Shown here: positions 8,060 to 16,554 of the stretch, piece by piece | How the letters are laid out: every line of letters begins with the position of its first letter | Numbering within the stretch: the first letter of the stretch is position 1 | Origin: Bdellovibrionota bacterium | Lineage (GTDB): Bacteria > Bdellovibrionota_C > UBA2361 > JBGSMV01 | Length of the DNA stretch: 64,000 bases | Assembly (NCBI GenBank): GCA_041739995.1 | Contig: JBGSMV010000042.1 | Span: forward strand, 1-64,000 | Direction of reading: 5' to 3' | Position numbers and translations under genes: made by a program | The notes under the pieces: model-generated | Database searches by the model: none | What the model was told of the DNA's origin: nothing | The model's input: only the letters and a program-made list of their open reading frames with translations

Positions 8060-10231
8060 GTGGTTGATTCTTCCTCCCCCAGTTTCTCTAGCCATGATGC
8101 TTCGGTCGATTCGTCGAGCTCTGTGTTGCCTCACTCGAGTGATTCTCTAGTTCGTGGTGTGAAATTCAGCCCGACTCGTCCTGCGCGAATTGCTCTGGCA
8201 GGGAATCCCAATAGCGGTAAAACATCAGTCTTCAACGCCCTTACTGGGCTCCGTTACAAAGTGGCGAACTACCCAGGCGTCACGGTTGAAAAGAAGGAAG
8301 GAAAGCTCGCACTCCCGAATATCTCACATGCGACGCTGATCGATCTTCCTGGTTCCTACAGTCTCGACACCTATGCTTTTGATGAACAGATTGCGACCAG
8401 CGTGCTGCTTGGTGAGTTTCGTGGAGAGAGTGCTCCCGATTTGATCGTCGCTGTTGTTGACAGCACAAACCTTGAACGCAATCTCTTCTTCACTTCTCAG
8501 CTGCTTGATCTTGGCATCCCCGTGGTCATTGCCCTGAGCATGACCGATCTTGCTGAATCCCAAGGGATATCGATACGTACTGAAATCTTGTCGCGACTGT
8601 TAGGTGCGCCGGTGGTGGCGATTTGCGCTAAGGTAAAGAAGGGCATTGAATCACTCCGATCGGAGATTGAGAACTCGCTTGAGTCCCACTCCACAGGAGT
8701 CGGCTTTCGCTGGCTTTCTGCTGCCCATGCGCTCGTTACCAGTGTGGACCGTTTGGCCGACCTCGCCACTTTGCTTTCGCCTCCCGTAAGGCATCCGAAG
8801 ATCCATGCGTTAAGCATTCTTTCCGGATCTCAGGTTGCTCGATCGTCTGAGCTTAAAGTCATTTGTGAAGAGGAAATTGAGCGTCTACGAGTGCTTGATG
8901 TCGATGCCGCTACCATCGAGGCTACCTTGCGGTACCAGTGGATCGGGAAAGTAGTGCGGCAGTCCACGTCGGCGGCGAGTGCGGCTTCTCGCAGTTTAAC
9001 CCAGCGCTTGGACGCGGTTCTCACGCATCGCGTCTTCGGACTCATGGCCTTCGCCGCTATTATGGCACTGATGTTTCAGTCCATTTTTGTTGGTGCCAGT
9101 CTTCCGATGGAATGGATCGACATGGCAGTGGCTTGGATAGGTGCTTCTGCTGCTGAAATGCTGCCCGAAGGGCAATTCCGAAGTCTTGTGGTTGACGGGA
9201 TGATCGCGGGCGTCGGAAGTGTGCTGATTTTTATTCCTCAGATAGCAATTCTTTTTTTCTTCATTGGGCTACTAGAAGACAGTGGATACTTGGCGCGTGC
9301 AGCCTACGTTACCGATCGCGTGATGCGAAAGTTTGGACTGCAAGGGCGATCGTTTGTACCGCTGCTGAGTTCCTTTGCGTGTGCCATTCCTGGGATTCTG
9401 TCCGCACGCACCATTCCGACTCTCTCCGATCGTTTTACGACTATCATGGTGGCACCTCTGATGAGTTGTAGCGCTAGGCTACCGGTTTACTCGCTTCTGA
9501 TAGCGGCGTTCATTCCCGCTTATGTCGTGGGCGGCATCTTTTCACTGCAAGGTTTAGTGATGCTGGGGCTCTATCTGCTGGGTGTAGTGACGGCGATGCT
9601 TGTGGCTTCGGTTTTGAAGCTTACTGTGCTGCGTGGTGAGCCTGCGCCCTTCGTGATGGAGATGCCGCTCTTCCGGCGACCTTCGCTTCGAGTTGTTGTG
9701 CGTAATGTGCTGGACCGTGTGCTTTTATTTGTTCAAAGCGCGGGTACGATCATCCTGGCCTGTTCGCTGGTGATGTGGTTCCTCGCCAGCTACCCCAGGG
9801 ATGTAAACATCGAGCAGAGCTATGCCGGACGTATTGGGCATGCAATTGAACCTGCGCTCGCTCCGCTCGGTCTTGGTTGGGAAGTGGGCATTGGCATCGT
9901 GGCATCGTTTGCGGCTAGAGAAGTCTTCGTGAGCTCGCTCGCCACGGTGTATAATTTGGGCGATGACGACACTGCGCCCACCAGCTTGTTGCATGTATTG
10001 AACGCGCAGCATGCCTCAGGCGAGTTCACGTTGGCGGCCGCGCTCGCTCTGCTCGTATTTTATGTGTACGCCTGCATGTGCATGTCCACCTTGGCAGTCA
10101 CACGGCGTGAGACGGGCTCTTGGAGTTGGACTATCTTCATGTTCGTGTACATGACTGCGCTTGGATATGGAGCGGCACTACTCACGTATCAAGGAGCATT
10201 GTATTTTGGGCTTGGTGGAAATGTAGGCTGA
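8060..10231 (+). CDS. feoB: Ferrous iron transport protein B
   Basis: GNPNSGKT, NYPGVTVEK, DLPG GTPase motifs; LEDSGYLAR, CSARLPVY gate motifs; multiple TM helices. Confidence 0.97.
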   Translation: MVDSSSPSFSSHDASVDSSSSVLPHSSDSLVRGVKFSPTRPARIALAGNPNSGKTSVFNALTGLRYKVANYPGVTVEKKEGKLALPNISHATLIDLPGSYSLDTYAFDEQIATSVLLGEFRGESAPDLIVAVVDSTNLERNLFFTSQLLDLGIPVVIALSMTDLAESQGISIRTEILSRLLGAPVVAICAKVKKGIESLRSEIENSLESHSTGVGFRWLSAAHALVTSVDRLADLATLLSPPVRHPKIHALSILSGSQVARSSELKVICEEEIERLRVLDVDAATIEATLRYQWIGKVVRQSTSAASAASRSLTQRLDAVLTHRVFGLMAFAAIMALMFQSIFVGASLPMEWIDMAVAWIGASAAEMLPEGQFRSLVVDGMIAGVGSVLIFIPQIAILFFFIGLLEDSGYLARAAYVTDRVMRKFGLQGRSFVPLLSSFACAIPGILSARTIPTLSDRFTTIMVAPLMSCSARLPVYSLLIAAFIPAYVVGGIFSLQGLVMLGLYLLGVVTAMLVASVLKLTVLRGEPAPFVMEMPLFRRPSLRVVVRNVLDRVLLFVQSAGTIILACSLVMWFLASYPRDVNIEQSYAGRIGHAIEPALAPLGLGWEVGIGIVASFAAREVFVSSLATVYNLGDDDTAPTSLLHVLNAQHASGEFTLAAALALLVFYVYACMCMSTLAVTRRETGSWSWTIFMFVYMTALGYGAALLTYQGALYFGLGGNVG

Positions 10232-10242
10232 AGGCAGACACC

Positions 10243-10419
10243 ATGAACCAGCAACATATAGTTTTATGCATTGTCGCGGTGGCCCTGCTTTACCTGGGTC
10301 GGAAGGGATTTCTTGCCTGGCGAGGGATCGTTAGTGGCAGTGGTTGTGGTGGTTGCGGTTGTAAGCCTGTGTCGAACAGCCCTGTTGAGAAGGCTGCTTC
10401 GGCAAAGCAGGTCGAGTAA
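10243..10419 (+). CDS. FeoB-associated Cys-rich membrane peptide
   Basis: ATG 10243, 58 aa: TM helix then GSGCGGCGC, directly downstream of feoB. Confidence 0.8.
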   Translation: MNQQHIVLCIVAVALLYLGRKGFLAWRGIVSGSGCGGCGCKPVSNSPVEKAASAKQVE

Positions 10420-10450
10420 GCTGTCAGAGCGACTTCGGCTTTTTAAACAA

Positions 10451-10645
10451 TCAAGGTCGTGTTACCCGAACGATAAATCCTATCAACCCCGCCAAAGGCC
10501 CAATCACAAAAGCTCCTGTCATGACTGCTTCGAGCGAAGCGTCGTGCGTATTCGATGACAACAGGTAAACCAGATACGCACCACTGGGGGCGACCACAAT
10601 GTAGGCGCCGATCGCCCACAGGAATCCAAACAGAACGCGACGCAT
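10451..10645 (-). CDS. Small two-TM membrane protein
   Basis: 64 aa with two hydrophobic helices separated by SSNTHDASLE; co-oriented downstream of fbp. Confidence 0.6.
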   Translation of the reverse strand: MRRVLFGFLWAIGAYIVVAPSGAYLVYLLSSNTHDASLEAVMTGAFVIGPLAGLIGFIVRVTRP

Positions 10646-10693
10646 ACAGAAATTCCGGAACGAAGCAAAATAGACGCTAGAGTGAAGGTGATC

Positions 10694-12646
10694 CTATGCG
10701 CGTTCTCGAATCCGATTTTCTTGATAAGCGCGGATCAGCAACTTCATCATATCAATATGGTGCTGCACGTAGGTGCCACGCTCGGTATCTCTCACGCACC
10801 TTGGTTCTGAATATTTTCGGAGGATCTGAATACTCGGAATTATGTCGGTGCCACATTCTAGTGCATCGCGAACCGAGTCGAAGTGATGATGCTGAGCGAG
10901 GGAAGTCCTCTCCGAGCCAAGTACGAGTGTGTAGCCGCGATCGCCATACGCTTCAGAAAACGCTCCGTCGATGGTGACTGCCTTGCCACTTTTCTTAAGT
11001 GGGGACTCGCCCGCCTCAATTTTTACAGGAACATGTCCGTTCACTATCAAGCCGCGCTCAGGATCTGCTCCAAACTCAGCGAGCACCTTGTCGCAGAAGG
11101 GCACTTCATGAATGAGCGAGAAGTAGGGGTTCTTATTTTCTTTGTGAGTCTTGTGGTCTGCAACCAGGTAGGTTTCAAAAGTGGTCATCTTGTCTTTGCC
11201 GAAAAGCGGAGAGAGAGAGCCGCCCCAAAGGTACCAAAGCATATCAAGATCAGATGCGTTACGTTCTCTAAAAGCGCGCTGAACAACTACATGGAGTTTA
11301 TCGAAGAGCGCCTTGCCGGCCAGATCTTCGCCGTCCACTCGCAGCGGCAGAAATATTCCCTTCTCATCACAGGGCACGCAGGCATGGAAGATCAGATGAT
11401 CGTCTCTAAGGAGATACATAGTGCCGCTATCCGCCAGGTATTTCATTTGATGCCACAGGCGTGGGCTAAAGAGAAAAGAGTCCCGTAGCGCATCCATGCA
11501 GAGCTGCTCTTCGGTGGAGAGCGCGTAGGGGTCCGCAGCGTCAAGAGTCGGGAAAGAAGAGTCTAGTAGTTTATGTTCTTGCCCATCAATTGATACGGTG
11601 CCCTTTGCGAGGTCGCAGCGTTTGAGAATATTTCGGTCCTCAAGGTTGAAATGCGGATTTCGAGCCGAAGCCTGCCCCTCTAGTTTAAACTGAATGACCG
11701 CAATGGCTTTTTGCATGCGCGCAAGAGCCAGAGCGTCGCGTGAACCTTCGCCCTTGCTCTTAAAGCAGGTGGCGGGGTCGTTCGAATATACCGACTCCAC
11801 AAGATCTTCGAGCGGAGTCAGGGGAATTCCATAACCTTCTTCTAGTTGGGCAATTCTCTGATAGCGCAGAGAAATTCTAAGTACGGTGGCGATGCAAATA
11901 AGCGACCCGAGGCATGCACCCATCCACGACACGTCGTGGTTCCCCCAAGTAATTGATACGCGCGGTTGACGCATCACGTAATCGATCACCCGATCGATGC
12001 GCGGTCCGCGATCGCCAAAGTCTCCCGCAATAATCAGTTCAGAGATGGAGAGATTTCGAATTATTCTACTTAAACTTCGAAGTAATTCGACCTCTCTGCC
12101 TGCGTCAATGAAAGGCTGTATGAGCGCCTCTATAAACTGAGGGGAGCGCTTGAGGTGCGGCGCATCAGTCAGTTCTTCAACGAAGGGAGCGAGCTCTTTT
12201 GGGAATAATGCTTCTGCGTTTTCGATAGGATAGCTGCAGGCAAGTGAGCGGACGACCACCACTTGCTGTGCTACCGAGGATTTCACATAGGCATCTTTTT
12301 CAGACTTGGTCTTAAAGGAGCTGAATACGCGTTGAGCAGTCTCGGCGGGGTAGTAAATCAGACTCAGTAAGGCGAGGCGGCCTGCTTCGTCCAAGGTGGT
12401 CTCGAACAACTCATCAACCAACGGGCGAACGTATCCTGAAGCATTATTAATGACGTGGCGCAGTTTAAGGTGATCGCCATGAATATCACTAATGATGTGA
12501 ACGTTACCTTTGGGCAGAGTGAGCTCGGCTTCCCAGCGACTTAATCGAGACAGTGCTGCGGTGACCGAGGGGTAGAGCCGCGATAGCTCTTGAAGATACA
12601 CAAGCGTTCGTTCGTCGAGGTCGTTGAACTGACGCGCTTCTGTCAT
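10694..12646 (-). CDS. fbp: Fructose-1,6-bisphosphatase class III
   Basis: LTLPKG..H.ISDIHG, GDFGDRGP, WGNHD, SPLFGKDKMTTFE, NGHVPVK, IDGAFS metallophosphoesterase motifs; 650 aa. Confidence 0.92.
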   Translation of the reverse strand: MTEARQFNDLDERTLVYLQELSRLYPSVTAALSRLSRWEAELTLPKGNVHIISDIHGDHLKLRHVINNASGYVRPLVDELFETTLDEAGRLALLSLIYYPAETAQRVFSSFKTKSEKDAYVKSSVAQQVVVVRSLACSYPIENAEALFPKELAPFVEELTDAPHLKRSPQFIEALIQPFIDAGREVELLRSLSRIIRNLSISELIIAGDFGDRGPRIDRVIDYVMRQPRVSITWGNHDVSWMGACLGSLICIATVLRISLRYQRIAQLEEGYGIPLTPLEDLVESVYSNDPATCFKSKGEGSRDALALARMQKAIAVIQFKLEGQASARNPHFNLEDRNILKRCDLAKGTVSIDGQEHKLLDSSFPTLDAADPYALSTEEQLCMDALRDSFLFSPRLWHQMKYLADSGTMYLLRDDHLIFHACVPCDEKGIFLPLRVDGEDLAGKALFDKLHVVVQRAFRERNASDLDMLWYLWGGSLSPLFGKDKMTTFETYLVADHKTHKENKNPYFSLIHEVPFCDKVLAEFGADPERGLIVNGHVPVKIEAGESPLKKSGKAVTIDGAFSEAYGDRGYTLVLGSERTSLAQHHHFDSVRDALECGTDIIPSIQILRKYSEPRCVRDTERGTYVQHHIDMMKLLIRAYQENRIRERA

Positions 12647-13230
12647 GGCGCACTCACCGGTAAAGGATCGCTGCGCGGTCCTTCCGAGACACCATCAAAA
12701 GCGGCGACCGCAACAAAGAGCGCACCAATGGCGGGCACGTCTGGCACTATGTAGCGATAGAGTGGGCCTTGTTCCGGATCCGTTAACGTTTCCAGTCGTG
12801 CCGTCGCCACTTCGATGCGAGAGCTAAGCGCTTTGGAATCTGTTCCATAGTAGATGACAAACGAGGGAGTTTGTTCTTGGGGAACTTTCCAGGTTACCTC
12901 AAGCCCCGAGAGGGTGGTGGCGGCTGGCTGGTCAAGAGAAGCGGCATTAATTTCATAGTCGCCCCTGAGGGAAGGACTGAGGGAGGGAATATTGAGATTA
13001 TCGTTCTCTTGGTTGAGCGGAGCGGAAGCACGGGGCATCCCTGCGGCGCTGCCCTGCCGTATGCCTTTACGCGCATTCGCGGTAGAGGCATCGGGAGTTG
13101 ATGTCCCAAATATGGAATCAGTGAAGCCTCCCAAAGTGGAGCAGCCCGATAAAGGGAGTGAAACGCAGAGCAGAAATGTAACCAATAGAATGGTGAAGTT
13201 GCCTAATTTGCCTTCGATTTGACCCCGCAT
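12643..13230 (-). CDS. Lipoprotein with C-terminal fibronectin type III-like domain
   Basis: Lipobox LSGC after ATG 13230 (ORF track starts at 13323); VTW...FVIYYGT...FVAVAAFD...EGPRSDP; stop overlaps fbp start. Confidence 0.6.
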   Translation of the reverse strand: MRGQIEGKLGNFTILLVTFLLCVSLPLSGCSTLGGFTDSIFGTSTPDASTANARKGIRQGSAAGMPRASAPLNQENDNLNIPSLSPSLRGDYEINAASLDQPAATTLSGLEVTWKVPQEQTPSFVIYYGTDSKALSSRIEVATARLETLTDPEQGPLYRYIVPDVPAIGALFVAVAAFDGVSEGPRSDPLPVSAP

Positions 13231-13582
13231 GAGTGATTTTTGTGGCGGGCCTACCACCCCTCTGTGGTAGCTGGCGGCTTCTGTGGTGTTTCTGCGGGTT
13301 GTGGAGGAGGACATACGGCTCATAGTTTCAATAGCTTAGAGTGTCTGATGCCTTTACAACAGTCTTCATAGCTGGGGGAATCCCTTAGGGCAAATCTCCT
13401 CAACAAATGCTCATAACTATCCGAAAGAATCGGAAGAGGGTTTTTGAGGAGCGTCTGCTGTTTTTGCTGCTCCCCTGGGGGGTCCCTAACCGAATAGTAC
13501 GCCGCAGAACGCTGTGCTTACGAAGCCCAAGCTTATCTGCTTGGGTGAGTTAAAGCGTAGATGCGCCATTAGTGACCGGACG

Positions 13583-14494
13583 ATGGTACAAGGCTTTGGA
13601 CGAAATAAGGTACTTGGACGCGGAACTGATCGCGACAAGCTGATGTTGATTGCCACTGCAGGCTTAGCAGTGTCTCTGCTCATTATCACGGTATTGGTCC
13701 TAAATTTTAGGACCAGTGCGAGTGCCACTCAGGACGGGTCTCCCGATCTCACTCAGGCTGCGCCAGCGGCGATTGGAACAATAAGTTTAATTGCTCCAGA
13801 GCGCCTAGTGCGCGCAGGTACTCCACTTAAAGATGTTCGTTTCAAAGAAGTTTTCTGGCCGCGTAATCAGGTACCCGAAGGTGCCGTTCGCGACGTCGCT
13901 GAGCTTGCGAGTCACTTCGCAAAAATTGACCTTGACGCCAATGTCCCTGTCCGTAAGTCAGATATCACCAATGAGCCTATGTTGGTTTCGCTTCCGCTGA
14001 CCCCAGGAATGCGAGCAATTTCTATCGAAGTAGATGCGACCTCGGGTCTTGAGGGTCACGCGTTGCCAGGGACCAGAGTCGACGTGGTGCTGACCTTTCA
14101 GGAAGAAGGCAAGCTCAATAGCAAAATCATAGTGCAAAATGCGCGAGTACTTTCATACGGCGGTGACGTTACCCCCGGGGCGCGTCGTTCGCCTGTGGAG
14201 AAGGTATCTCCTTCAGTGAGTCGAACCATGACTCTTGAAGTTGCTACTGAAGATGCGTTGAAAATTCAGACCGGAAGGCAGATGGGACGTATTAGCCTCA
14301 TTATGCGCTCATCAGACGATGTACAGGTAGCAGCCGTCACCGACATGTCACAGAATCAGATCGGAAATAACAGCGAAGGGCGTACCCAAAAGACCAACGG
14401 ATGCACGCGTGGCAAGATGCGTATGGGTGGCCGCGAATACATTATCGACTGTGATGGCCGCATTAGCGAAGTCTTGAACAACCAAGACCCTTAA
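13583..14494 (+). CDS. cpaB: Flp/Tad pilus assembly protein CpaB (RcpC)
   Basis: N-terminal TM, SAF-like region, PGMRAISIEVD...PGTRVDVVLT...IIVQNARVL...TLEV; start moved to ATG 13583. Confidence 0.88.
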   Translation: MVQGFGRNKVLGRGTDRDKLMLIATAGLAVSLLIITVLVLNFRTSASATQDGSPDLTQAAPAAIGTISLIAPERLVRAGTPLKDVRFKEVFWPRNQVPEGAVRDVAELASHFAKIDLDANVPVRKSDITNEPMLVSLPLTPGMRAISIEVDATSGLEGHALPGTRVDVVLTFQEEGKLNSKIIVQNARVLSYGGDVTPGARRSPVEKVSPSVSRTMTLEVATEDALKIQTGRQMGRISLIMRSSDDVQVAAVTDMSQNQIGNNSEGRTQKTNGCTRGKMRMGGREYIIDCDGRISEVLNNQDP

Positions 14495-14727
14495 ATCCCG
14501 GTCCGCTCTAAAGTCCTAATTACCCGTGCTGCCACTTTGTGCCTGTCCTTGAGCTTTTCTGGCTCTCGATCCCATCCCTCAAACCTCTCTGAACCTGAAA
14601 TCTACACTACCCTTGTGCGCCTGCAGGCTTTGAGTTAAGTGAGCGGGGGCTTGTCGCAGCCTATTGAATTAATTAAAAAATGAATTAATTATTTTGGTGG
14701 GAGCGATGATGGCTGGGCGGACGTGCG

Positions 14728-14827
14728 TCTGCGAGAGCTTCCGCTCGGTACTCTGACGAGCTTTCGCTCAGTAGTCTGACGAGCTTTCGCTCAATGGTCT
14801 GACGAGCTTTCGCTCAATGGTCTGACG
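14728..14827 (+). repeat. 23-bp tandem repeat (TCTGACGAGCTTTCGCTCAATGG), about 4 copies
   Basis: Units at 14752, 14775, 14798, partial at 14821, degenerate at 14728; each full unit has a GAGC-TTTC-GCTC mini-hairpin. Confidence 0.9.
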
Positions 14828-14868
14828 GCTCTCGGAAAGTTGAGCCTGGATGTGAGGAGAACAGCGAC

Positions 14869-15618
14869 ATGATCGAAGTAAAGAACTTAGTGAAGCGCTA
14901 TGGCGACTATGCTGCGGTCTCTGGCGTAAGTTTCAGCGCGACTAAGGGCGAAATAGTCGGCTTTCTTGGGCCAAATGGTGCTGGAAAAACCACCACTATT
15001 CGCATGCTCGCTACCTATCTTCCTCCAACCTCGGGATCTGCGACGGTGGCAGGCTTCGATATCGTGAAGCAGTCCGATGAAGTGCGCCGCCGCATAGGCT
15101 ATCTCCCAGAAACTCCGCCGCTCTACGGCGAGATGACTGTCAATGAATATTTACTCTTCGTGGCACGTATCAAAGGCATTGCCACCAGCGATCTCGCGCG
15201 TGCGGTGAGCGTTGCTGTTGAGCGCTGCGTGCTAGGCGATGTGCGTAATAAGCTGTGTCAGCATCTATCACGCGGCTATCGCCAGCGCGTTGGCATCGCG
15301 CAGGCCATCATCCATGACCCAGAGGTGATAATTCTGGATGAGCCAACTAGTGGTCTCGATCCAAAACAAATAATCGATATTCGGCAGACCATTAAGTCTC
15401 TCGCTGAGCGGCACACCGTTATCCTGAGCACGCATATTCTGCCCGAAGTCTCGATGGTGTGTAGCAAGGTGGTTATTATCAACCGCGGGAAAGTTGCGCT
15501 GGTGAGCCAGCTCTCGGACCTTGGGACTCAGTCGCTTGAGCAGGTCTTTATCGAATGCGTCAGTCGTGAAGGATCTACCGCAGCATTCGAGGAGCCGAGT
15601 GTGGCGGCTTCGGCCTAA
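14869..15618 (+). CDS. ABC transporter ATP-binding protein (GldA-like)
   Basis: GPNGAGKTT, LSRGYRQRV, ILDEPTSGLDP. Confidence 0.93.
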   Translation: MIEVKNLVKRYGDYAAVSGVSFSATKGEIVGFLGPNGAGKTTTIRMLATYLPPTSGSATVAGFDIVKQSDEVRRRIGYLPETPPLYGEMTVNEYLLFVARIKGIATSDLARAVSVAVERCVLGDVRNKLCQHLSRGYRQRVGIAQAIIHDPEVIILDEPTSGLDPKQIIDIRQTIKSLAERHTVILSTHILPEVSMVCSKVVIINRGKVALVSQLSDLGTQSLEQVFIECVSREGSTAAFEEPSVAASA

Positions 15619-15711
15619 TGGGTTGCGATTCCTGATGAGGGGTGACGGCAGATTTTTTTGACTGAGCTTTTTGCAGAAGCGTTCCAAGTATTGAATTGAA
15701 GAGAGGGCGTC

Positions 15712-16494
15712 ATGAGAAATATTATGGCCATTTGTCGAAGAGAGGTTCTTTCTTTCTTCGTGTCGCCAATTGCCTATGTGGTGATTACCGGTTTTGTACT
15801 GCTGGCGGGCTACTTCTTTTTCAACCTGCTTAGTATTTTCTCGGTGATGTTTGTTCGCTTCCAGGCCATGGCGAGTTTCAACCCGGGTGCGGAAGGTCCG
15901 AATCTTAATCAATGGGTAGTGGAGCCTTTCTACTTTACTTTGGTGATTATTCTAGTTTTCATGATTCCGGTCTTGACCATGCGACTGCTCGCTGAGGAGC
16001 GAAAGCGCGGCACGTTTGAACTCCTCATTACTTCACCTCTCTCTGTTACCGAGATTGTTTTAGGAAAGTTTCTCGGAGTCGGCGTGGTGCTATTCGTTAT
16101 GTGCGGGTTGTGCTTCGCCTTCCCATTGCTGCTTGTTTATTTCGGACAACCGGGCCCTGAGTTGCTCCCGGTATTGAGTGGATGGTTTGGACTGTTTCTC
16201 TGTTCTCTCGCGTTTGCCAGCATCGCACTTGCGGTCTCTGCCTTCACCGAGAATCAAGTGGTGGCTGCAGTGAGTGGAATGGTGGCGCTGCTTCTTTTGT
16301 ACGTCATTCACTCTCCTGCAGAAGCCTTAGAGGGAACTTCTGCGACGGTGCTTAAAGCACTTTCACCAGTTCTTCAGATGCAGGATTTGGTTCGCGGAGT
16401 GGTGACTTTGCAGTCAGTTGCCTATTTTGCACTGTTGATAGTTTTGGGAATTTTTCTTTCGCAGCGCGCAATTGATGCGCAGCGGTTTCGTTAA
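15712..16494 (+). CDS. ABC-2 type permease (GldF-like)
   Basis: REVLSFFVSPIAY, TMRLLAEERKRGTFELLITSP; about six TM helices. Confidence 0.9.
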   Translation: MRNIMAICRREVLSFFVSPIAYVVITGFVLLAGYFFFNLLSIFSVMFVRFQAMASFNPGAEGPNLNQWVVEPFYFTLVIILVFMIPVLTMRLLAEERKRGTFELLITSPLSVTEIVLGKFLGVGVVLFVMCGLCFAFPLLLVYFGQPGPELLPVLSGWFGLFLCSLAFASIALAVSAFTENQVVAAVSGMVALLLLYVIHSPAEALEGTSATVLKALSPVLQMQDLVRGVVTLQSVAYFALLIVLGIFLSQRAIDAQRFR

Positions 16495-16554
16495 TGGGTT
16501 TTCGCTAGGGTTTTTTTGTTTATTTTCTGCGAGTGAGCTTTCGAGGAGCATCGT

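Noticed and set aside
13370..13460. c-di-GMP-I riboswitch upstream of cpaB (GGGCAAA...CCGAAAG)
   Set aside because: Spacing and the downstream GACGCAAAG element do not fit the aptamer.
14728..14827. CRISPR array or hammerhead ribozyme (CTGACGAG resembles the CUGANGA core)
   Set aside because: Units are directly adjacent with no unique spacers and no cas genes; the stem is not followed by the required GAAA and no stems I/III are evident.
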